Virus record (IMG/VR): IMGVR_UViG_3300037602_000087
Location: 1-38,597 of that record
Origin: a virus
Lineage: Duplodnaviria; Caudoviricetes
Strand: one strand, 5' to 3'
DNA: 38,597 nucleotides
The translations under genes were made by a program, and so were the position numbers. Of the stretch, positions 8,245-15,454 are shown piece by piece. How positions within the stretch are numbered: position 1 is the first letter of the stretch; each line of letters opens with the position of its first letter. The notes beneath the pieces are model-generated. The model searched no databases. It was not told the DNA's origin and saw nothing but the letters and a program-made list of their open reading frames with translations.

Positions 8245-10054
8245 TAACGGGATCCGCGAGGCGTTTGCACAGGCTGAACAAGTGGACATGGGCAGCCAAG
8301 AGCCTGTCGGCATGTCACCATCGGACAATGATGGGCCGCAGGGTGATCAAGGCACTCCCCTGCCCCCACATGAAGAGATCCCGCCGGATGCTGCCTATCT
8401 GGAGGACAAACCGGAGGCAAAGGGCGCAAGCTTTCCGCTGACTGACTACGGCAATGGTCAACGCCTGATCCACTATTTCGGGCAGGATTTCGTCTGGGTG
8501 CCTCGCCTCGGATGGTATCGCTGGGATGGTCGACGCTGGCAGGCGGATGAAGATGAAATCTTGGTACGCCGGGACGCGCAGCAAATTTCCGACCGCATCT
8601 TGCATGAAATTCCGTTCGTTGCGCTTGATGATTGGCAGCGCGAGGCGCTGGACCTTTGGCGCGACGTGCGCGCGGAATATCGAAAACTCATCAGCGTGAA
8701 GGTAAAAGACCGCGCCGAGGGCGATGCGGAGCGGTTGGAGGAACTAGAGGCGATCCGCGAAAAAGGCGTGGCGGCCGAAAAAGCGCTTGCTGGCCTCAAG
8801 AAAAGCCACCGCGATCACGCCAGATCGTCAGGCAACAGCAGCAAGATTTCCAACATGCTGCAGGAGGCGCAACCGGCCAAGGCCGTGCGCGTTGATGATC
8901 TGAACGCCGATAAACTGGCGCTCTGCGTCGAGAATGGTGTGTTGCGCTTTGCTATGGTCGAGGATGAACACGCCACCGAGTGGGGCGACACGGCGCAGCT
9001 GGTGCCTCGCGTCTCGCTGGAAGGTCATGCCCGCGCTGATATGATCACCAAGATGGTACGGGCCAAATATGATCCTGGCGCCACCTGCCCCACGTTCCTT
9101 GGTTTCTTAAAGCGGATCCTGCCAGATCGCGAAATCCGCGAGTTTATGCAGCGGTGGTTTGGCTACAACCTCACCGGCCTCACGTCAGAACAAAAACTGG
9201 CGTTTCTCTTTGGCGGGGGGCGCAATGGCAAATCCACCCTGATGGATCTGATCGGCCGGATCATGGACGATTACGGCACCACAATCCCAATTGAGACGCT
9301 GACCGGATCGGAACAGCGCAAGGGATCCGATGCCACCCCTGATCTGGTGCGCCTGCCGGGTGCGCGCTACGTGCGCGCCTCTGAGCCCGAACAAGGCCAG
9401 AAAATGAAAGAGGCATTGATCAAATCCCTCACCGGCGGCGAGTCGATTATGATCCGCCGCATGATGCAGGAATTCGTGGAGGTCGTGCCCGAGTTCAAGC
9501 TGACCATCGGCGGCAACTATCGGCCCGAGGTGCGCGGTGCGGATGATGGCATTTGGCGCCGCATCATGCTGGTGCCGTTCCTGGAGCAGATCCCGCAGGA
9601 TGAAGTGGATCCCCTACTGCCCCAAAAACTATGGGCCGAGCGTGACGGGATCCTGTCGTGGATGGTGCAGGGCTGCCTTGACTGGATGCAGGGTGGCCTG
9701 CGCCCGCCCGAGGCCATCCTGGAGGCGACGGCCGAGTACCGCCTGACAAGCGACCCCGTGCGTCAGTTCTTGGAAGATGAATGCGAAATCACTGGCTCCC
9801 CAGAGGATGACGTGATGGCGCGCACCATGAATGACGCCTTCAATGCGTGGCAGTTGGACAATGGCAATGCCGCGTGGACCTCACGCCACTTGTCAAACCA
9901 GATGTTGCTGCGCGTAGGCGCCATCAAAGGGCCGAATGGCGAGACATTCGAACGCGTCAAATCCAGCAACTACGTGTATCGCGGCATTCGCCTGAAAAGC
10001 GAGGCATTGTCGCGTCTGGATGTGTACCGGGAACGGCTGGAGGCGCGGAAATGA
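8234..10054 (+). CDS. P4-family (D5-like) phage/plasmid primase-associated SF3 helicase
   Basis: D5_N region (TDYGNGQR..WYRWDGRRW), Walker A GGGRNGKST, IKSLTGGE, GNYRP, GIWRRI. Confidence 0.92.
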   Translation: MTNDNGIREAFAQAEQVDMGSQEPVGMSPSDNDGPQGDQGTPLPPHEEIPPDAAYLEDKPEAKGASFPLTDYGNGQRLIHYFGQDFVWVPRLGWYRWDGRRWQADEDEILVRRDAQQISDRILHEIPFVALDDWQREALDLWRDVRAEYRKLISVKVKDRAEGDAERLEELEAIREKGVAAEKALAGLKKSHRDHARSSGNSSKISNMLQEAQPAKAVRVDDLNADKLALCVENGVLRFAMVEDEHATEWGDTAQLVPRVSLEGHARADMITKMVRAKYDPGATCPTFLGFLKRILPDREIREFMQRWFGYNLTGLTSEQKLAFLFGGGRNGKSTLMDLIGRIMDDYGTTIPIETLTGSEQRKGSDATPDLVRLPGARYVRASEPEQGQKMKEALIKSLTGGESIMIRRMMQEFVEVVPEFKLTIGGNYRPEVRGADDGIWRRIMLVPFLEQIPQDEVDPLLPQKLWAERDGILSWMVQGCLDWMQGGLRPPEAILEATAEYRLTSDPVRQFLEDECEITGSPEDDVMARTMNDAFNAWQLDNGNAAWTSRHLSNQMLLRVGAIKGPNGETFERVKSSNYVYRGIRLKSEALSRLDVYRERLEARK

Positions 10055-10749
10055 GCGCCCCGTCCAAAAAACTGAAAATTCTGGTTGGCTGTGAAACCTC
10101 GGGCATTGCCCGCCGGGCCTTTGATCGATTGGGGCATGATGTTTGGTCCTGCGATCTGGAGGCGGCCGAGGATGGATCAAACCGCCATATTCGCTGCGAC
10201 ATTCGAGACGGGATCTTGCTGGAGGGTTGGGATCTGCTGGCTGTCATGCACCCGCCCTGCACCCGCCTGTGCCGCTCCGGTCGCCGCTGGATGTCTGGTC
10301 CGGGCAAATGGACGCCCCCAAAGAAACTCCCGAAAGGTCGGACGCTGGCCAGCATGTTGGAGGAATTTGAATTGGGCGTCAGCGTGTTTACCGCCTGCTG
10401 GAATGCACCGATCGAGCGGATCGCGATTGAAAATCCCGAAATGAATGATCTGGCGCGGGATCGCATGCCCCACGATCTGCCCGGGCCCCAGCTGGTGCAG
10501 CCGTTTTGGTTTGGTGAACCAGCGTATAAATCAACCGGCTGGTATCTGCGCAATCTGCAGCCCTTGGCCCCCACCAACATGCTGACTGAGCCAGCGCGCG
10601 GTTCCGATGAATGGAAACGCTGGAATAAGATCCACCGAATGCCCCCGAGTGCCGAGCGTGCCCGTCTGCGTAGCCGATCTTTCCCGGGCATGATGGAGGC
10701 AGCTGCGCTCCAGTGGGCCGGGCAGGCACTAGAGCAGGTGGCCGCATGA
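10051..10749 (+). CDS. Phage-type C5 cytosine methyltransferase-like protein
   Basis: ILVGCETSG..WSCDL SAM-binding-like start, HPPCT catalytic motif, IENP; ATGA coupling to the helicase. Confidence 0.7.
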   Translation: MSAPSKKLKILVGCETSGIARRAFDRLGHDVWSCDLEAAEDGSNRHIRCDIRDGILLEGWDLLAVMHPPCTRLCRSGRRWMSGPGKWTPPKKLPKGRTLASMLEEFELGVSVFTACWNAPIERIAIENPEMNDLARDRMPHDLPGPQLVQPFWFGEPAYKSTGWYLRNLQPLAPTNMLTEPARGSDEWKRWNKIHRMPPSAERARLRSRSFPGMMEAAALQWAGQALEQVAA

Positions 10750-10988
10750 TGTTGCCCTGTGACTTCTGTGGCGCCCGTGTGGCCCCCTTTGGCTTTGCAC
10801 CGGCCCCTCGCCTCGGGATCCCGGTTCGGCGCCCGATCAAGACCTGCGCGGCCGAGGGGTGCAAGGCACAGGCCCGCGCCCGCTGCAGGGCGCTGGTCGA
10901 TGCCACGGATCCCCTGGCACAGCAAAGGGCCACCCGACGCAAAACCCCGCGCCCTGCACCGGAAGCCCGACAGCCCGCGCTATTTTGA
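10746..10988 (+). CDS. Small zinc-finger-like hypothetical protein
   Basis: CDFCG..APFGF..CAAEGC; ATGA coupling. Confidence 0.6.
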   Translation: MMLPCDFCGARVAPFGFAPAPRLGIPVRRPIKTCAAEGCKAQARARCRALVDATDPLAQQRATRRKTPRPAPEARQPALF

Positions 10989-11212
10989 GGGGTTTCACCT
11001 TGACTAAAATTCAGCATCTTGCATTGGTTTTCCGCGCCCTTTCGGGGCAACGCTGTGCGCTTGCCTGCAATCTAGCATCATACTCTGAAGAAATATTGCT
11101 CTGGACCAGCTTAGGCTTGGACGGTTTCGTGGCAATTCCTCGCGCAGCCCATATCTACGGCTTCACACCGCCGCTTTGGTAAACTTGTATTTCTGAAAGG
11201 AAGGATGGCGAC

Positions 11213-11488
11213 ATGTCACACCGCGCGATCTACTTGGCAGCGCGTGCGCGCGACATAGGGGCGGAACTGGACCGTGTGCGGCAGGCTCTGAACGCTATCC
11301 AGCACGTTGCGCAAACATCGCCAGGCGGTGCAGCGGAAAGCTTGGAAATGGTCGATGCGTTGGCCAATCTGGCCGCTGCCCGGCTCGACAGCATTTCAGC
11401 CGAGGTCGAGGCAGCGGAAACCGAATACACCAAGTCCGAGGTTGCGGCCGAGGTCGGATTGTCGCCCGATGAATTGTCGGGCCGCTAA
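11213..11488 (+). CDS. Hypothetical helical protein (similar to 12261-12461)
   Basis: Strong AAGGAAGG RBS; amphipathic helices. Confidence 0.7.
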   Translation: MSHRAIYLAARARDIGAELDRVRQALNAIQHVAQTSPGGAAESLEMVDALANLAAARLDSISAEVEAAETEYTKSEVAAEVGLSPDELSGR

Positions 11489-11497
11489 AAGCGGGAT

Positions 11498-11863
11498 CTA
11501 CCTCGGAACGATCAGAGTCTCGTTCACATTCCAATCTCCGGAGGTCGGGTTGTTTGTCAGGGTGACGGAGAAATTTTGCCGCAGAACTGCACCGAATGAA
11601 TTCTGCGCGTCCACCCATGCTGACACTGAAAACTGGCAGGTTGCGGAACCCTTGGCAATTATCACCTGCCCGTTCGAGTAGAGCGGACCGCTTGGAAGCG
11701 GAGGGAACTCTGCAGTGGAGGGGGATTTGAGGTTTCGCTTCACCTCTACCTTGGCTCTCTCATACGCGGCTGGTTTGCTACACCCGTCCACAGCAGCTGT
11801 TTCTTCTTTGCAGGCGGCCAGTGTCATCGCGAGGCCTGCAAGCAAAGCAAAGGACAGTTTCAT
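11498..11863 (-). CDS. Lipoprotein, possible superinfection-exclusion or moron gene
   Basis: MKLSFALLAGLAMTLAAC lipobox; LKSPSTAEFP..VDAQNSFGA motif; opposite strand to its neighbours. Confidence 0.75.
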   Translation of the reverse strand: MKLSFALLAGLAMTLAACKEETAAVDGCSKPAAYERAKVEVKRNLKSPSTAEFPPLPSGPLYSNGQVIIAKGSATCQFSVSAWVDAQNSFGAVLRQNFSVTLTNNPTSGDWNVNETLIVPR

Positions 11864-11958
11864 ACTCTTTCCAATCAACTCTCAGTACAGTTTGCAGAGA
11901 CATTGAACATCTTGTGGTTGCTTTGCAATCGCCTAAATTGTCAATTATTGATTGCTAT

Positions 11959-12049
11959 GCCCTTTATTGTGTGCAACCTGTCTATTTGGAAGTGGCAAAC
12001 CTCATATTTTCTTGACGCGATGCTGACACTTCGGCACCTCTAGTGGTGC
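11959..12049. promoter_or_regulatory. Operators at 11959-11974 and 12034-12049 plus putative promoter (TTGACG at 12012) of the c4-ant operon
   Basis: GCCCTTTATTGTGTGC and GCACCTCTAGTGGTGC match GCAC-N8-GTGC. Confidence 0.55.
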
Positions 12050-12136
12050 ATTGCGCAAAATCGCAATGTCGGGATTGAGACCCCGCATGTAAGAGGCACC
12101 TGCAAGTGCCGCGCGTTTTTCGTGCGGCTTTTTCTA

Positions 12137-12214
12137 TGGTCGGGCGCACGGCGGCCGCTTCGGCGGGCCGCTGCCTCTAGCGGTAGTCTCAACCCCGTGT
12201 TTGCCCGGCCACCA
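12137..12214 (+). ncRNA. C4-type (P1 c4 / P4 CI-like) antisense RNA
   Basis: Closing stem TGGTCGGGC/GCCCGGCCA followed by CCA; internal TTCG hairpin; GCCTCTAG (12173-12180) and AGTCTCAA (12185-12192) are complementary to upstream (12075-12081, 12092-12098) and downstream (12218-12225, 12249-12256) targets. Confidence 0.85.
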
Positions 12215-12260
12215 GAATTGAGACTTTGGCTGTCGGGCGTTTTCAGACCTAGAGGCCACA

Positions 12261-12461
12261 ATGAACAATTCTATCCCAACCATCTTAGTCCAATCCTCCG
12301 ACCTATCACGCGCGGCCGCGCTGGCTCGTCAGATCCAGAGCCTGGCGCTCGCTGGATCCAATGAGTGTGATCTTGAGGTGGTCGAAGCATTGGCCGAGGC
12401 TCTGTCCTACCGCCTTTCTGAAATGTCGTCTGACCTAGAAGAGGCGGGCCATGGTGAGTGA
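12261..12461 (+). CDS. Small protein in the icd/kil position of the c4 operon
   Basis: Its RBS (CTAGAGGC) is the C4 target; overlaps the antirepressor start. Confidence 0.7.
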   Translation: MNNSIPTILVQSSDLSRAAALARQIQSLALAGSNECDLEVVEALAEALSYRLSEMSSDLEEAGHGE

Positions 12462-13194
12462 TCTCCAGTTTCGGTTTGAGGGGAGCGATGTGCGTGTCGT
12501 TTTTGGCGCGGATGGTGCCCCATGGTGGATTGGGCGCGATGTGTGCGCTGTTCTGGGTATATCGAATGTGAGTGATGCTTTGAGTGGACTAGCGGGCGAT
12601 GAGCGGCGCGATGGGGTCGGTATTACCGACCCCATCGGCAGGACGCAGCATGCCGTGGCGGTCAATGAGCCCGGTCTATATCGCCTGATCTTTCAGTCGC
12701 GGAAACCAGCCGCCGAGCGCTTCAAGCGGTGGCTGGCACATGATGTGCTGCCTGTTCTCAGACGAACCGGCAGCTACACTCCTGCTCGGGTGGCGGACGA
12801 CCCCGGGTTCCTACCGGCCGACACCGACGAATGGCTCTCGCTCGTGCGCGAGGCTCGAATGACCTTTGGACGGGCGGCCGCACGCAGACTGTGGAGACGC
12901 AGCCCGCTTCCTGAGATAGCCTCTGATAGTGATGAACTTGATCCGACCGAAAGGTATTGCTCGGAATTTCTCGAGCAATGCTGCGACGTTACCGGACAAG
13001 GGAGTGATTTCGTTCGCTCTCGCGACCTAATCAATGCAGCAATCAATTGGCGGTCTCTTGGCTGGCCTGGAGAGCGCAGCTTCTCAAATGCGATGCTTCG
13101 ATTGGCGCGCGCGTCCTCGGACGATTTCGGGGTCTTGATGTTCTGGCAGGCAAAGCGATCCCACGCTGGCTTTCGCGGACTAAAGCTGAAGTAA
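12451..13194 (+). CDS. BRO-N family phage antirepressor
   Basis: FRFEGSDVRVV..PWWIGRDVCAVLG..VNEPGLYRLIFQSRKPAAERFKRWLAHDVLPVLRRTGSY. Confidence 0.92.
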   Translation: MVSDLQFRFEGSDVRVVFGADGAPWWIGRDVCAVLGISNVSDALSGLAGDERRDGVGITDPIGRTQHAVAVNEPGLYRLIFQSRKPAAERFKRWLAHDVLPVLRRTGSYTPARVADDPGFLPADTDEWLSLVREARMTFGRAAARRLWRRSPLPEIASDSDELDPTERYCSEFLEQCCDVTGQGSDFVRSRDLINAAINWRSLGWPGERSFSNAMLRLARASSDDFGVLMFWQAKRSHAGFRGLKLK

Positions 13195-13203
13195 AGCCCC
13201 CCG

Positions 13204-13640
13204 CATCCCGTTGGGATCTACGCCTTGGGCGTGGTGAAAGCGGAGCGGCGACGGCTGCAGCAGCGGGGATCCGGCCGGGCAAATCGCCCACCAATCCCCG
13301 CACCCCTGCACTCTAATGAGGTCACGCGCCCGCCACTGGTCCCACTGATCCCTGATCTGGGGGCAACATTTACCCGGTGATCCCGTAAATTTTCTGTTGT
13401 TTTCCAACGAAATACAAAAGCGCTGGAGCGGTTTGGGATCATTGGGACCAATTTTCGGGGCTTCGCCTATTACGTGAAAAAGGGGTGCGGGGTGGCACAA
13501 AGAGATCGCGCATGTAAGGCGCGAATATTGGTCCCATAGATCCCACAGACATGCATTTGCGTTTAAAAACAATATCTTGCCTATATCCAGTGATCCCACG
13601 CTGATCCCATACTGATCCCATGGGATTGGGACTGATCCCA
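13204..13640. repeat. Iteron cluster TG(A/G)TCCCA; putative replication origin
   Basis: Copies or near-copies at 13337, 13346, 13378, 13529, 13538, 13591, 13602, 13613, 13633 (+) and 13434, 13443 (-), with AT-rich stretches, in non-coding DNA. Confidence 0.7.
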
Positions 13641-13699
13641 ATGATTTACAGCATGTTGGGGGTGTAGCTGAGGTTGCACCTATATCTGGAGGATGTGTC

Positions 13700-14410
13700 G
13701 TGTTGTCTGGGTCTGAGTTGGGGCGCGCCGCGCTCTATCTGTCGAAACTGAATTTGCAGCTGGTAAAAGCGGCCGGTGCGCGCCGGATGCGCGCAGGCAA
13801 AGGAACGGGGGCACGGCTGCACGGCAGCTTGCAGGGTGCGCCGGTGCAGCTGGTGGAACTGTCCCGACCGATGCCGGGCGGTAAATCGGAGCGGGTGACG
13901 CCCCTTGGATATAGAACAGCCCGCCGCACTCTACCGCGCCTGTTGTCTTCACTGGATCCGGCTGATCCACGCCTGATGGTGGCGCAAATGATCGCAGACG
14001 CGGCCGAGCGCGTGGGGGCGGTGCCCGGTTCCAATTTTGCGGGATCGGACAGTAAGGGCGAACTCTCAGACGGTGGGGCAACAACCCGTGTGAAGCACGC
14101 GACGCGGCTGCGTGACTTTGAGGCGATGGCGAATGGCTGGCCATTGGACCGCCGCAAAGCCCGCGCGCTGCGGGTGCCCCGCGTGGCGTTGGCGGTGCGC
14201 CGCCGCTCGGCGGATCGCTATAGTATCAAGGCGTTTGACGCGCTCTACCTGACCTGTGTGGACTGTCTCAGCCTAGACGAAATCCTGCGGCGGCATGGCT
14301 GGTCTGCCCGGACGGGATACCGCAACAAAGTGCGCGATGCTGTGCTGCAGACGCTGGACCTGATCGCAATGGAAATGGGCTTTACGCCCACCGACAAGAA
14401 AACGAATTGA
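13700..14410 (+). CDS. Putative late-gene regulator, GafA C-terminal/DUF6456-like (antiterminator position)
   Basis: C-terminal DALYLTCVDCLSLDEILRRHGWSARTG..VLQTLDL; last gene before the late promoter and terminator; exact start uncertain (GGAGG at about 13688). Confidence 0.6.
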   Translation: MLSGSELGRAALYLSKLNLQLVKAAGARRMRAGKGTGARLHGSLQGAPVQLVELSRPMPGGKSERVTPLGYRTARRTLPRLLSSLDPADPRLMVAQMIADAAERVGAVPGSNFAGSDSKGELSDGGATTRVKHATRLRDFEAMANGWPLDRRKARALRVPRVALAVRRRSADRYSIKAFDALYLTCVDCLSLDEILRRHGWSARTGYRNKVRDAVLQTLDLIAMEMGFTPTDKKTN

Positions 14411-14438
14411 CAGAAACTGACCGTCTCACCCATATATT
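14407..14438 (+). promoter_or_regulatory. Putative late promoter (pR'-like)
   Basis: TTGACA at 14407-14412 and CATATA at 14431-14436. Confidence 0.6.
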
Positions 14439-14465
14439 TGAACAACGGCGCAGAGGTGCGCCAGC

Positions 14466-14496
14466 AACCCGGCAGCACTTTGGCGCCGGGTTTTTC
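14466..14496 (+). terminator. Intrinsic terminator in the late leader (tR'-like)
   Basis: AACCCGGC..GCCGGGTT followed by TTTC. Confidence 0.65.
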
Positions 14497-14518
14497 ATTC
14501 CAAACATAGGGGATTGCC

Positions 14519-14926
14519 ATGGGGCGCCTGAAAGGGCCGCCGAAGCGCTTGGGCTTTGCGCCTCGCGCTGTGGGCTACGTGGATCGAGCCGAGGCAGAAC
14601 GCGCGCGGGATCGGGCAAGGGCTGCGGGCAACAACCTGCGCCATCTCTACCGGATCAAGCGCTGGCGAGATCTTCGGCTGGAGATCCTGACCCGGGCAGG
14701 CTGGATGTGCCAAGGGTGTGCCGAGCCGCATCTCTTGGCGGGCAAGGCCCCGGCGCCCAACAGTCCGGTGGTCGACCACATCGAACCACACCGGGGCAAC
14801 CTCGCTCTGTTCTGGGATCCGAGCAACCTGCAAGCCGTGTGCAAGCACTACCACGACACCGAAAAGCAACGCGCCGAACACGCGGCTACCCGGGCAGCTG
14901 GCCCGGGGGGTGGGTCAAAAGTCTAA
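14519..14926 (+). CDS. HNH endonuclease (terminase-associated, HK97 gp74-like)
   Basis: CQGC..VVDHIEPHRG..NLQAVCKHYHD; immediately upstream of terS. Confidence 0.9.
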   Translation: MGRLKGPPKRLGFAPRAVGYVDRAEAERARDRARAAGNNLRHLYRIKRWRDLRLEILTRAGWMCQGCAEPHLLAGKAPAPNSPVVDHIEPHRGNLALFWDPSNLQAVCKHYHDTEKQRAEHAATRAAGPGGGSKV

Positions 14927-14980
14927 AACCGGTGTGCGCGCGAACCCGCACTCCCCCGCATTTGGAGATTATTTTTCCCG
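14905..14980. other. Probable cos region
   Basis: G-run GGGGGGTGGGTCAAAAGTCT..ACCCGCACTCCCCC between HNH and terS, the usual cos position in HNH/HK97-type phages; exact cut site not determinable. Confidence 0.4.
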
Positions 14981-15454
14981 ATGAGTGACGATTTTCAGCA
15001 GGAAGGCGGCCCCCGTGACCTGTTGGGGGATCCGTATGATCAGAACAGGGAAAGCTGGGGGCGCCCGAAGTTCAAAAAAACAAAGGAAAAACAAGAAGCT
15101 GTGATCGCACTATCTGCGGCGGGTTGGACGCAGCAGCGGATCGCGCGCTATCTGGGGTGCGATGTGAAGACACTCAGAAATCATTTTTCCCGAGAGCTTA
15201 CCGAGGCGGCGGATCGGGCCGAGGGCGAGGCGATAGTGGCAATTCACAAGCGGATGCGTGATGGCAACGTGACGGCCGCCAACCGCGTGATTGCGATGGC
15301 TGAAAAGGGCCGCGCCGCGCCACCCGCGCCCCGTACCGCGCAGCCCGAGGATGCAGCACCCGAGCCGGAAAAGGCGCAGCCGAAAGGCAAGAAAGAGCAA
15401 CTGGCCGAGGCGGCCCAGACGCCCACCGGCCGGTGGGGCAGCATTCTGCAGTAA
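14981..15454 (+). CDS. terS: Terminase small subunit
   Basis: HTH GWTQQRIARYLGCDVKTLRNHFSREL; position before terL. Confidence 0.8.
   Translation: MSDDFQQEGGPRDLLGDPYDQNRESWGRPKFKKTKEKQEAVIALSAAGWTQQRIARYLGCDVKTLRNHFSRELTEAADRAEGEAIVAIHKRMRDGNVTAANRVIAMAEKGRAAPPAPRTAQPEDAAPEPEKAQPKGKKEQLAEAAQTPTGRWGSILQ

Noticed and set aside
12040-12364. ORFs 12122-12364 (+) and 12040-12261 (-), 'ash-like' protein
   Set aside because: They overlie the structured C4 RNA and its targets and lack clear RBSs; the frame of ORF 12261 is closed by TGA at 12219, so the RNA explanation is simpler
13330-13640. CRISPR array or coding ORFs (13180-13641 minus and others)
   Set aside because: Repeats are 8 bp, irregularly spaced and in both orientations, with no cas genes; the ORFs merely translate the iterons (WDQ/WDL)
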